From Mobula hypostoma (taxonomy: Eukaryota): a stretch of DNA of 64,000 nucleotides. Below the pieces are notes generated by a model. The model did no database searches and was not told the DNA's origin. It saw only the letters and a list, made by a program, of their open reading frames with translations. Both the position numbers and the translations under genes were made by a program. Location: positions 97,838,001 through 97,902,000 of the forward strand of contig NC_086108.1 of NCBI RefSeq assembly GCF_963921235.1. Direction: 5' to 3'. Positions 1 through 11,287 of the stretch are shown here, piece after piece. Within the stretch, counting starts at the first letter, position 1. Each line of letters starts with the position of its first letter.

Positions 1-619
1 GATGATCTTCTCAGCTGACCTCACTATCCACTGCAGGGTGTCTTGCGATCCAAGACGGTGCAATTCCTGAACCAGGCAGTGATGCAGCTGCTTGTCCAAG
101 TGCCCTTTCAATGTTGCAAATGTGCCTGCCCCAATCACTTCCGCTGGCAGCTCGTTCCAAATACTGACCACCGTCCTTAAGTCCTGGCAACATCCTTGTC
201 AATTTCTCTGTACTCTTTCAATATTATTGATATATTTCTTGAAGGTAGGTGACCAAAATTTTACATGATTAATTCTGATATTATTTAAGGTGTTACTACT
301 CCTTACAGACATCTGATTGTAATGGAAAACCAACAAATTTTGGGCAAATCAAAGTACATCTTCCAGCAGATTAATGTTTTTTTCCAGCAGCAGTCCATGT
401 TTGTTTTGGCGTGCATCCCTAGGAACAGCCTGTAGACCTGAGACCTTTGCTGCCAAGCTGCTCGCGACAAATCTCGACAAGAACCCTTGTATCCTTTTCC
501 AGGCCTTTTTGCAAGTGCAATTGTAGCATGGATCCAAAGTACCAAAATTCCCTCCTTAAACTTCCTCATCCCATTCCTCTCCCTCATTTAAGATGCTAGT
601 TGAAACTTCCATGACTAAG

Positions 620-1070
620 TATGTATTAGTCAATGGTCAAACCCGTGACTGGAGAAACCCAGGGTCAATACTCAAAGGTTGGCAATGTCCAGAGGGCAAA
701 AGTAAAGGTTAAAGTCCAGAGTTCAGCAGGTCTGGAGGTAGAGGAGCAAGGGTCAACTTGACTGGAGGTCAGAGGCACAATATTTGTGAGTCTGGGCTGG
801 GGCTGAGGCTTGGAGACACCTGTCCCAGGGTTGGCGGCCTCCCTGTGGGTGTGAGTGGGAGGGTGGGAAAGGGGCTTGCTTTGCTGATGTTGCTGCTGCT
901 GCAGCTTGTGTTCTGCCAGTCATTGTGGGTATGCTAAGCTGGCACCAGAATGTGTGCCAACACTTGCAGGCTGCCCCCAGCACCTCCAAGCGTGTGTTGG
1001 TTGTTAACTCAAACAATGCATTTCACTGTGTGTCTTGATGTACATGGGACAACTAAATGTGAATCAGTCC
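620..1070 (+). mobile_element. Non-autonomous retroposon with Rex/Babar-type 3' tail
   Basis: 3' part (ggcaccagaatgtgtgccaacacttgcaggctgcccccagca...tttcactgt...gtacatgggacaactaaa) recurs at 1780-1915, 17330-17470 (-) and 43730-43865. Confidence 0.55.
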
Positions 1071-1209
1071 TAGAATCTCCAATGTGTCTCAGTTTTACAT
1101 GCCAAGTAAGCTCCAGTGATGCTTTGATGTTAATTATTGCTGTTGTCTGAGAAGAATAAGATAGCATTCTTCAGACAGAATAAGAGGCAGCATTATCCTC
1201 CACTTAGAG

Positions 1210-1290
1210 CAGGAGTTCCCAACCTTTTCTAATGCCATGGAACCCTACCAATAACTGAGGGGTCCGTGTGATCCAGGTTGGGAACCTCTG
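1210..1290. mobile_element. 81-bp hAT (Charlie-like) MITE
   Basis: TIRs CAGGAGTTCCCAACC / GGTTGGGAACCTCTG; 8-bp TSD acttagag (1202-1209) / aattagag (1291-1298). Confidence 0.8.
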
Positions 1291-1579
1291 AATTAGAGTG
1301 ACTTCCCGCTCTAAGCCAATTCCCATTCGCTCAGCCCAAATTCTCATTCCATTCTTAGCTCACTGTGTTGTCTGTTTGATAAGGTGGGAATGCTGGGAAT
1401 TTTAACCGGTGATAAAGGAAGACTAATATGCATACAAACCAGGCAACCCTGCACCCACTGTGGGCACATGAGGCTGATAATGCCCCTAACCCTGCTGATC
1501 TCTGGTATCTCAATGATCGACCTATGGAAACGGGCTGATGCTGTTTAACCTTGACCTTTTTCACGTATTTAATAATGAG

Positions 1580-1920
1580 GGCAGCTCAGCAGCGTAGCGG
1601 TTAGTGCAGTCACTTTACAGTTCCAGAAGTCACCAATCGAGTTTCAATTCCCGCAGCTGTCTGTAATGTGTTTGTACGTTCTCCCTGTGACTGCATGTGT
1701 TTCCCCTGGGTGCTCCAGTTTCCTCCTAATTTCCTGAGATGTATGGATAAGATTTAGTAAGTCGCAGACATGTGATGTTGGCGCCAGAAGCGTGGCGACA
1801 CTTGGCGGCTGCCTCCAGCAAAATCGTTAGACTATGTTAGTCGTTGATTCAGAAGACACATTTCACTCCAAGTTTCGATGTTTCATGTACATGTGACAAA
1901 TACAACTGATCTTTATCTTT
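1580..1920 (+). mobile_element. tRNA-derived V-SINE with Rex/Babar-like tail
   Basis: A box cagcgtagcgg, B box gtttcaattcc, V-domain gtttgtacgttctccctgtgactgcatgtgtttcccctgggtgctccagtttcctcc, tail gtacatgtgacaaat. Confidence 0.75.
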
Positions 1921-2004
1921 AATTGTTAACTGGTGCAGTTCTATTTATGCAGCTGAAAATGGGTTTATTGCAAAGCATTAACTTTTATCATCAGTGTCTC
2001 GAGA

Positions 2005-2230
2005 TCATATCATCATTATCATTATGACTATGATTGTTCTTGGCAATTTTTTCTACCAAAGTGGTTTGCCATTGCCTTCTTCTGGGCAGTGTCTTTAGAA
2101 AATGGTTGACCCTGGTCATTGTCAATGCTCCGCAGAGATTGTCTGCCTGGTGTCAGTGGTTGCAAGACCAGGACTTGTTATAGGCATCAGCTGCTGATAT
2201 GACCATCCACCACCTGCTCCCATGGCTCCA
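2005..2230 (-). mobile_element. RTE/BovB-related short retroposon fragment
   Basis: Minus strand carries agaaggcaatggcaaaccact, typical of BovB/RTE-derived SINEs, followed by a short microsatellite-like tail. Confidence 0.45.
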
Positions 2231-2692
2231 TAACAGGTAGGTAGCACAATTTAAAATGACTGAGAATGCCTTGGAAGAAAATTTATGCAGAACTATTTGC
2301 AAGTTACAAGTGTAAAATAGTTTCTGACTTACTTTTTATAAAAATTAATAACTTTTAAAAGGTGGCAATTATTAGCTTGCACCTACACTCCACACTCAAC
2401 TTAGGTTGGAGTCTATAAGCTAGCTTGCTAAAGATAACGAAAACAGGAGTTGCGATGGGGATTTAGTGAGTGGTGTTTGTGGGTGGGTTGTCTTCTTGTG
2501 GGTATTTTTATATTAATACCAAAGGCAGCAAAGGCCAAATTTGTGCTGGATGTAGTTTGTTCCAGACTTTGTGTTGGTTGGATGAACATTGCCACAAATA
2601 CAAGCCCTGGGCAAAAGTAGGCATTGTTGTGAAAGGTTGTTGTAGCTTCTTTTAACTACAGCCTGTTACTGCTTTACCTTGTTCTACCTTAA

Positions 2693-3240
2693 TAACACAA
2701 GAGATTCTGCAGAAGCTGGAAATCTAAGCTACACTCACAATATGCCAGGGAAACTCATTGTGACGATGAGGCCAAACATGGGTTGGAGGTGCAACACAAG
2801 AGATTCTGCAGATGCTGGGAGTCCAGAGTAACACATGCAAAATGCGAGAGAACTCAGCAGGTCAGGCAGCATCTATGGAGAGGGAAAAACAATTGGTGTT
2901 TTGGGCTGAGACCCTCCATCAGGACTGGAAAAGGAATAGGGAAGAAATCAAAATGTGGGGCAGGGAAAGCTGTAGAAGCTACAAGGTGATGGGTGAAAGG
3001 AAAGGGGGCATGTAATGCCTCATATTCCATCATCTGAGGTACTGAAATAAGAACAGAAACATTGGAAAATACTCAACAGGTCAGGCAGCTTCTGTGGGGA
3101 GAGAGGCTGTTGATGTATCCAGTCTACAATGAAGGATGGAGGATTTGAAAAAATGACTCTTTCCCCTTCCACAGATGTGGCCTGACCAGCTAAATTCTTC
3201 CAGCAGCTTCCATATTATTTCAGATCTCCAGCATCACCAT
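2693..3240 (-). mobile_element. Cluster of decayed Penelope-like terminal repeat (pLTR) copies
   Basis: aacacaagagattctgcag...aactcagcaggtcaggcagcatctatgg motif; degenerate hammerhead core at 2890-2927 (-); older fold-back copy at about 3050-3240. Confidence 0.65.
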
Positions 3241-4424
3241 GAAGCGTTGATCTTGGGGTCTTCATTATCTCCAACCACCAGACCAAAGACATCAACTCAT
3301 ACTGTTGAACACCACACTACAACAGTACATGGCCTTCACCTGAGCACATGGAAGAAAGATTCACACTGGCTTAACGACTACGTGCAAAAACCTGAAAGTG
3401 ATCAGACTTAAACAAGACGGGCACTTGTGCTGGAAGGATTCCAGAAACCAAAGAATGTGAGGCTGTTGTTAAGTACAGAAGTCTGAGTGTTATAAATCCT
3501 TGATCTTTACACAATCTATGGTTGCTTCTCATTTTGTCTCTGCAAGAATAGTTCCATTCCTGCATGGTACTGATACACCCACTATGTCAGTTGCTCAGGT
3601 GGACAACCTTGAAGATGATGCAACAACATGCTGGGAGTGCCTTTACATTCCTGCAAACACACTGGTTTTTTTTTATATTTTTCTCTTTTGCTTCTTTCCA
3701 TTTTTTAAGCAAATTTTTCCGATTTTATTCTTTGCTTGCATCACAAGTTCAAAATTGATTGGTTTGATGACATACAGAGAGCAGTTCGACCTTAATTAGC
3801 TGAGAGCTGAATGATTGGTTTTGGGAATAGGAATAATCATCTCAGGTGTTATGCTTTAAACGAGTGCACAGTCTTCCTCACACTCTCTCACAGACACCCA
3901 ACTTCATAGCCAGAAGTTCTACCTTGTCATCATTAGTTTAATTCCTGCCATAATATTTTTAATCTTCAATATATTGATCAATTCTTACATGAATGTTCTT
4001 CCCATCATTGTCCTCCTCTTGATTTGTTAGTGAATCCCCTTTCACTCCATCCCACCCCAATTTCTGTATGTATCCAATTGCAAAAAGCTGTCCAAGAAAT
4101 CATCACTGCCCAGGTACAAGTGAGCAATCTTCTATAAGACCATAAGGCCATAAGACACAGGAGCACTATTAGGCCACTTGGGCCCATTTAGTCTGCTCTG
4201 CCATTCCATCATGGCTTACTTATTATCCCCTCAACCCCATTCTCCTGCCTTTTCCTTGTAACATTTGATGCCCTGACTGACCAAGAACCTATCAAACTCC
4301 ACTTTTAATACAATGGATTCGGGTTAATTTTGGCTCAATTAAGCAGCTGTTCCAATTAGACAAAGCAACAAATTATGTATTTAAATGAACTACTGCTGAT
4401 GCTACCAGTACTATAAAACAGTGT

Positions 4425-4925
4425 ATTCTCAGCACATCTACACAGACTGCTATTGCTGGAAAACAGCATCCATTATTAGGGACCCCCGGCACCCAGGTCA
4501 TGCTCTCTTCTCGACACTGCCATCGGAAAGAAGGAATAGGAGCCTTAGTACCCTCACCCCCAGGTGTAGAGACAGTTACTACCCCTCAACCATCAGGCTC
4601 TTGAACCAGAGGTGATATCTTCACTCAACCCATCACGGAACTGTTCCCACAACCTACGAACTCGCTTTTAAGGACCCTTCATCTCATGTTCTCAATATTT
4701 ATTGCTTGTTTATTTATTATTATTATTTATTTTTCTTTTGTATTTGCACTGTTTGTTGTGTTTTGCACATTGGTGTTTGTCTGCCCTGTAAGTGTGGTCT
4801 TTCATTGATTTTATTATGGTTACAGTATTGGCTTTATTAAGTATCCCTGCAAGAAAAAGAATCTTAAGGTTGTGTATACTGACATATAGGTACTTTGATA
4901 ATATATTTACTTTAAACTTTGAACT
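4425..4925 (+). mobile_element. Rex/Babar LINE 3' fragment
   Basis: ORF 4421-4615 (KTASIIRDPRHPGHALFSTLPSERRNRSL...RDSYYPSTIRLLN) is the typical Rex/Babar RT C-terminus; actttgaac-type tail. Confidence 0.75.
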
Positions 4926-5621
4926 GGCCTATAATTTCCTTTCTTCTGCCTCTCTCCCTTCTTAAAGAGTGGAGTGACTTTTACAATTTTTCAGTCCTCC
5001 GAAACCATTCCAGAATCTGGTAATTCTTGAAAGATCATTACTACTGCCTTTCCAATCTCTTCAGCCAGCTCTTTCAGAACCCTGGGGTGTAGTCCATTCG
5101 GTCCAGATGACTTATCTACAGCACCTTCAGATCATTCAGCTTACCAAGCACCTTCTCCTTAGTAATAACAACTACATTCACTTCTGCCCCCAGACAAGCT
5201 CCAATTTCTGGCATACTGTTTGTGTCTTCCACAGCAAAGATTGACACAAAATACTTATTAAGTTAACCTCCCACTTCCATCATTACTACCTTTCCAGTGT
5301 CATTTTCTATTGGTCCAAATTCCACTCTTGCCTCTATATTACTCTTTATATGTCTGAAACAACTCTTGGTATCCTCTTTAATATGATTGGCTAGCTTACC
5401 TTCATATTTCATTATTTCTCCCCTTATGTTTTTATGGTTGCATTCTGTTTGTTTTTTAAGAGCTTCCCAATCCTCTAAGTTACTACTAATTTTTGTTTTA
5501 TTATATGCCTTCTCTTTTGCTTTTATGCTGCCTTTGATTTCCCCATCAGCCACAGCTGCTTCATCCTCCTTTCAGAATACTTCTTCATCTTTGGGATGTT
5601 ACCTATCATATGCCTTCTGAA

Positions 5622-5797
5622 ACACAAAATACTCTGCAGGTGCTGGGGTCAAAGCAACATTCACAACACGCTGGAGGAACTCAGCAAGTCGGGCAGCATC
5701 CGTGGAAATGATCAGTCAACGTTTTGGGCCGTCCTGATGAAGGCTTCTGACCCGAAACGTTGACTGATCGTTTCCATGGATGCTGCCTGACCTGCTG
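5622..5797. mobile_element. Fold-back Penelope pLTR mini-insertion carrying a hammerhead motif
   Basis: About 50-bp inverted arms (5680-5730 vs 5751-5798); exact 14-bp TSD atatgccttctgaa at 5608-5621 and 5798-5811. Confidence 0.85.
5731..5764 (+). ncRNA. Minimal type-I hammerhead ribozyme motif
   Basis: GTC-CTGATGA-aggcttctgaccc-GAAA-CG-TT-GAC: stem I GTC/GAC, both core boxes intact, GUU cleavage triplet, stem II imperfect. Confidence 0.65.
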
Positions 5798-6059
5798 ATA
5801 TGCCTTCTGAATTGCCCCCAGAAACGTCGGCCATTAGTGTTCTGCCATCATTCTTGCTAGTGTCCCCTTCCAATCAGTTTAGCCAGCTCCTCTATCATGC
5901 CTCGGAAATTCCTTTTATTCCAGTACAATACTGATACATCTCCCCCAAATCTTTCTCTATCTTTAAATCTCATGTTCTCAGCATTACTTGACTGGAAACA
6001 GCAACTCCTTTGCTTGCGTCTTTGGAAACAGCTCTACTTCTATCTTTGATATCTCTTTT

Positions 6060-6810
6060 TTTTTCCTTTTCAGGGTGTGGGGGACTCATTTGAAGACCCT
6101 GACCTGGAGTTACACTCTGACTTTGGTTCTTTGTGGGAATGGGACCCGCTCTCAGGGCTTCATGAACAGCTGCTTTTTGATATCCCAAGGACGGGCATGC
6201 ATTCAGGGTTCCAGAATTTCATGACTCTGGAGACGGGCTAATTCTAGGCTGGTGCCCCTGACTGAAGCATTGCGGGAGAATATAGAACATTGGGAGCAGT
6301 GGGTTAGCTGCCGGGGGTTGTGTATCCGGAGAGCTGCGCCTTTTTGGTGCCGACTCTCTGGGTGCAGAGCCCAAAAAAAGCAACGCAACAGACTTTTAAC
6401 ATCGTAAGTCAGCGAGTTGTTTGTTATGTCTCCCCTCTCGCTGTGAAACAGGGACACCTCTTTCTCCCTTATTAGGGAGAGAGAGCCTGTGGTATGTTGA
6501 ATTACCAGGTGAACGAGTAGTTTTTGGGGTACTGCAAGTCAGTGTCTTTATTGAGGCTTTGCTGCACGCTTGAGTGGTCGGTGGAGGGTGCTGATGCATT
6601 TTTGCCGGTGGGGGAGGGGGGCCATTGCCTAGCTGCTGCTTGTGGGTGGGAGCGGGAGCTGGGACTGGCTTTGGGGTTCTAACATTTCAACTGTCATTCA
6701 TTCTTTGGGGCTCTCCTCTGTTTTTGTGGATGTCTGCAAAGAAAAAGAATTTCAGGATGTATATTGTATACATTTCTCTGACATTAAATGTACCTATTGA
6801 CCTATTTATT
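6060..6810 (+). mobile_element. Non-autonomous non-LTR retroposon (Rex/Babar-type tail)
   Basis: No coding capacity; ends aagaatttcaggatgtatattgtatacatttctctgacattaaa...(cctattga)n; the same tail occurs inverted at 24340-24400. Confidence 0.55.
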
Positions 6811-7149
6811 TTTATTTGCATCTTGCCTTCTCTTTGCACATTCCACATTGATGTTTGTCAGTCCTTGAGTATCTATATTTAGCTTGCAAGTATAGTCTGC
6901 AAACCAAACACTCCTTGATGAACAGGGCAAAGTCTCATGTACCCTCGTCTTCACAGAAAAATAACTCTGCTTGATTCCCTACCATGGATGGTACATGGGT
7001 GATAGAAAAATGGACTATGTAGAAGGGAAGGGTTAGATTGATCTTAGAGCAGCTTAAAAGGTTGTCACTGCATTGTGAGCCGAAGAGCCTGTACTGTGCT
7101 GTAATTTTCTATGTTCTTGTTAGCCTGTCTTGGAAAGCAGAAAGGCTTG

Positions 7150-7620
7150 GTCAGCAACTGCTCTGCACAAGAAACTGCAGGGAGTTGTGGACACAGCTTA
7201 GAACATCAGGAAGACAGCTTCTCCTCCATGGACCTTGTCTACACTTCTCACCACTTGAGTAAAACAGCCAACATAATAACAGACCAAACCCACCCTGGAC
7301 AATATCTGTTCTCCTTCAGGCAGAAGATACAAAAGCCTGAAAGCATGTACCACCAATTCAGGGACAGCTTTAATCCCATTGTTATAAGACTGAAATTATT
7401 TGCTAATTAACAAATTGAATTCTTGACCACATAATCTACCTCATTATGCTCCTGCACTGCACTTCCTCTGCAGCTGTTACACTTTATTCTGCATTGTTAT
7501 TGTCTGACCTTGTTCTACCTCAATGCACTGTGTAATGATCTGATCTGTATGAACAGTATGCAAGACAAGCTTTTCACTGTACCTCAGTACATGTGACAAT
7601 AATAAACCAATTCCAATTCT
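7150..7620 (+). mobile_element. Rex/Babar LINE 3' fragment
   Basis: KTANIITDQTHPG...FRDSFNPIVIRL; tail cttttcactgtacctcagtacatgtgacaataataaa(ccaatt)n. Confidence 0.7.
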
Positions 7621-7892
7621 TAAGATTTCATTTAATCCTTGGATTTCATTTACCTCTTTGTTTCAAATTAACTTAAATCAGTATTCAACTAGTTGAAGTT
7701 TGATGTGGTTAAATGTGACACTTAACTGATAATTGGAGACCGTGGATTCCTCACCCCCAACTGTAACCATCCCAATGCACTTCAACTGAGCTGCCCCAGA
7801 AATTTCACAGCACAAGAAGCTGATGGTCTCAAGTGACAACCACACTTGACATTCAGAGCCATTGCATTCTGGGTAAAAAGTTCTGAGCTGCT

Positions 7893-8228
7893 GTGATGTA
7901 GGACTGTTAGCACAGCATGTAGTTGTTAGCACAGCGGCAGCAATCACCGATCTTGTTCAATTCCCGCCGTTGTCAGTCAGGAGTTTTTGCATTCTCCCCC
8001 TTGACTGCATGTGTTTTCTCTGGGTGCTCCAGTTTCCACGCACATGCCAATGATGTGTGGTTAGGGTTAGGCTGAGTCAGATGTGGGCTCACTTTGTAGG
8101 CGCTGGACGTGGACGATGCCTGTCCAGTCAATCATCAGCCTGTGTTGGTTATTGACAGATAATGACGTATTTCACTGTATGTTTTAATGTTTCAATATGC
8201 ATGTGACAAATAAAGCCAATCTTTATTG
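7893..8228 (+). mobile_element. V-SINE with Rex/Babar-like tail (decayed)
   Basis: B box gttcaattcc, V-domain, tail catgtgacaaataaagccaatcttt. Confidence 0.65.
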
Positions 8229-8514
8229 ATGAGTAATTATTCAAATATGAATTATATGTTATTCATCTTCATATATTTTTGAGAATCCATTATAATGACA
8301 CTCTAATATCCATGGTAACTTTTAAGGGAGATTGATTCTAACCAAAACAAAGACATAAGATCAAAATGCAACATCTTTCTCTCTAAGGTGAATGTCTGGA
8401 GATGGTTTGGGACAGATTTTGAAATTTCAGATTCAGATTCTGTATCATTAGACAGTCTTTGAGCATTATTTTTAGGAAATGGGAATTACTTTACATGATG
8501 ATTTCCATCCCCAA

Positions 8515-8694
8515 CGAAGAAGAAGAAAGCCTTTAACTCCAAGTGGAGTCATTGGGACGCTGTCATGACGGCGTTGTTTTAGCTCGATGCTCAACTCAGC
8601 ACGGATGGAAAGCGTGCAAGGGAGCCAGCCGGATTCGAACTCGGGAGCCTTCGCTCCAAAGTCCGGCGCTGATGCCACTACGCCACCAGCCGGC
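8515..8694 (-). mobile_element. tRNA-derived SINE (second family) with (TTC)n tail
   Basis: Minus strand A box TGGCGTAGTGG and B box GAGTTCGAATCC; 13-bp TSD tttccatccccaa (8502-8514) / tttccttccccaa (8695-8707); related head at 59790-59920. Confidence 0.8.
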
Positions 8695-8752
8695 TTTCCT
8701 TCCCCAATGCTGAGGTGAAATTATTCTGATTAACCTTGATGATATTATACAC

Positions 8753-9036
8753 ATGGTAGCGTAGTGGTTAGCACAACGCTTTACAGTACAGGTGACCTGG
8801 GTTCAATTCCCGTCGCTGCCTGTAAGGAGTTTGTACGTTCTCCCCGTGACTGTGTGGGTTTCCTCCGGGTGCTCCAGTTTCCTCCCACAGTCCAAAGATG
8901 TACCGGTTGGTAGGTTAATTGGCGATTGCAAATTGAATTATGATTAGGGTAGGATTAAATTGGTTTGCTGGGTGGTATGGTTCAAAGGGCCAGAAGGGCC
9001 TATTCTGTGCTGTATCTCAATAGATAAAGGAATAAA
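8753..9036 (+). mobile_element. V-SINE (HE1-like) with CR1-derived tail
   Basis: A box tagcgtagtgg (8757-8767), B box ggttcaattcc (8800-8810), V-domain, tail gggccagaagggcctattctgtgctgtatctc matching CR1 3' UTRs. Confidence 0.8.
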
Positions 9037-10042
9037 CAACAATCATCAGGCACTTTGTTTCATGAATGGAACTGAAGTAAAGAAAAATAAAAACCTTAGA
9101 AATATTTAGCAGAATAGGCAGCATCTGTGGAGAGAAATGAACAGTCCATGTTTCGGGTTGAAATGCTCTAAATTTTAAAAAAAGATATTACACCCTTTGC
9201 TCATGGATGGTTCTGAATTAAAAGAAACGCGGCCTGTAAGGAGTTTGTACATTCTCCCGTGACTGTATGGATCTCCTCCAGGTATTCTGGTTTCCTCCCA
9301 CATTCCAAAGACACGCAGTTTAGTAAGTCAATCGGTCACATGGGTGTAATTGGACAGTACGAGTCTCATTGGGCCAGAAGGCTCTGTTATTCTGCTGTAT
9401 CTCTAAATAAATAACAGTAAACCTAGAAATATTTAGAAGGTCAGGCGGAGGGCGGAACCGTTCACATTTCAGGTCAATAGACTTCCTGACCCAGTAAATC
9501 AGATTCTCTCTTCTGACATGCTGGACATTTTCTACTCCTTCAGATTTCTATCTTCCACAGTATTTGCCTTTTGTACATGACTTAGTATTGTGCTGTCCAT
9601 TTTTTTTTAGAGTGGGAGTACTGTAAATGAGAAGCTGGAAAAATACAGCAGGCAGGACAGATGTAATGTGTCATACCTTTCTTCAATTGCATGGCACTGG
9701 AATTCAAATGTCAAACATCTCTCAATGTTTCCCTTCAGCTCCATGAATCACTCAGACATTTTCAAGTGACAATGTATCAAATTGACTCCTGGTGCTGGAA
9801 GAAAAGATAAAGAAATCTTAAAATAGAATCAGAAACAATAAAGTTAAAGGGGATTTGAAAAGTCCAGTAGGTAACCAGACAGGCACCTGAGTTGCCAAGG
9901 AATAGAAGACTACAGACCAAGTGTTGGTAAATGGATTAGTACAAAGTTCAAAGTACATTTATTATCAAACTACATATATGCCATCATATACAACCCTGAG
10001 ACTCATTTTCTTGCAGAAATTCACAGTACAACAAAGAACTGT

Positions 10043-10472
10043 TACCGTATGAGGAATGTCTGGCAGCTCTTGGGCTGTATTCCCTGGAATTCAGGAAAAT
10101 GAGGGGGGATATCATAGAAACATTCCAAATGTTAAAAGGCCTGAATAGATTAAATACAGTTATTTCCCATGGTAGGGGATTCTAGGACAAGAGGGCATGA
10201 CTTCAGGATTGAAGGACGTCCTCTTAGAACTGAGATGCAGAGAAATTACTTTAGTCAAGTGGGTGGTAAATCTGTGGAATTTGTTGCATCGAGCGGCTGT
10301 GGAGGCCAAGTCATTGGGTGTATTTAAGGCAGAGATAGATAGATTCTTGATTAGCCAGGGCATCAAAGGGTATGGGGTGAAAGCAGGGTAGTGGAGATGA
10401 CTGGAAGAATTGGATCAGCCCATGATTGAATGGCGGAGCAGACTTCTGCTCCTATATCTTATGGTCTTATGG
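10043..10472 (+). mobile_element. CR1 LINE 3' end
   Basis: ORF 10197-10391 (WVVNLWNLL..AVEAKSLGVFKAEIDRFL); near-copy of 48030-48475; (ttatggtc)n tail. Confidence 0.85.
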
Positions 10473-11287
10473 AAACACAATTGAATCATTGAAAAACTAC
10501 ACACAGACAAAGTCTAACAAATAACAAATATGCAAAAATATAAAAGAAGATGAGCTGTGCAAATACAAAAAAAGTAAATAAATAATACTACAAACATAAG
10601 TTTTCAAGTCCTTGAATGTGAGTCCATAGGTGATGGAATCAGTTCAAATTTTAGGTGAGTGAATTTATCCACGCTGGTTCGAGCGCCTGATGGTTGAAGG
10701 GTAATAATTGTTCCTGAACCAGGTTCAAGGGCAGTTACTATCCATCAACCATCAGCGTGTTGAACAAAAGAAGATAACTACACTCACTTGCCCATTCATT
10801 GAGATGTTTCTACCACCAAAGATCTCACTTTAAGGACTCATTATCTCATTATCTCATGTTCTCATTATTTATTGCTATTTATTCATATTCGAATTTGCAC
10901 AGTTTGCTGTCTTCTGCACTCTGGTTGATCTTTCATTGATCCTATTATAGCTACTATTCTATGGATTTGCTAAGTATGCCCACAGGAAAATGAAACTCAG
11001 GGATGCATATGGTGACATACAGTATATGTACTTTGGTAATAAAATTTATTTTGAACCTAAGGTTTCCGTAACCTCAAAGACAGACAGGGACTTGATCGTT
11101 AGCACAGTCACAGTGGGATGAAGAGCCTGTTTCTCTGCTGCATGATCCTATGACTCTGCGAAAGGTAAAGGAGCTCGGAATAGGACAAGAGACAGTTCAC
11201 TATTTTACTAAAATTTGCTGATGCAATGACATAGCATCGCAGAAACAGAACTCCAATAACAGCTTTATTTCTCACATATACATTGAA

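Larger units (their letters stand above)
4925..5945 (-). mobile_element. CR1 LINE internal fragment, interrupted at 5622-5797
   Basis: ORF 5263-5553 (KAKEKAYNKTKISSNLEDWE...KYEGKLANHIKEDTKSCFRHIK); colinear with CR1 at 34330-34700. Confidence 0.75.

Noticed and set aside
303..587. Overlapping minus-strand ORFs with splice-like ccttacag
   Set aside because: No recognisable protein and no consistent acceptor/donor pair
8753..8820. tRNA-like sequences with A and B boxes
   Set aside because: They are SINE heads continuing into V-domain or core sequence, with no complete cloverleaf
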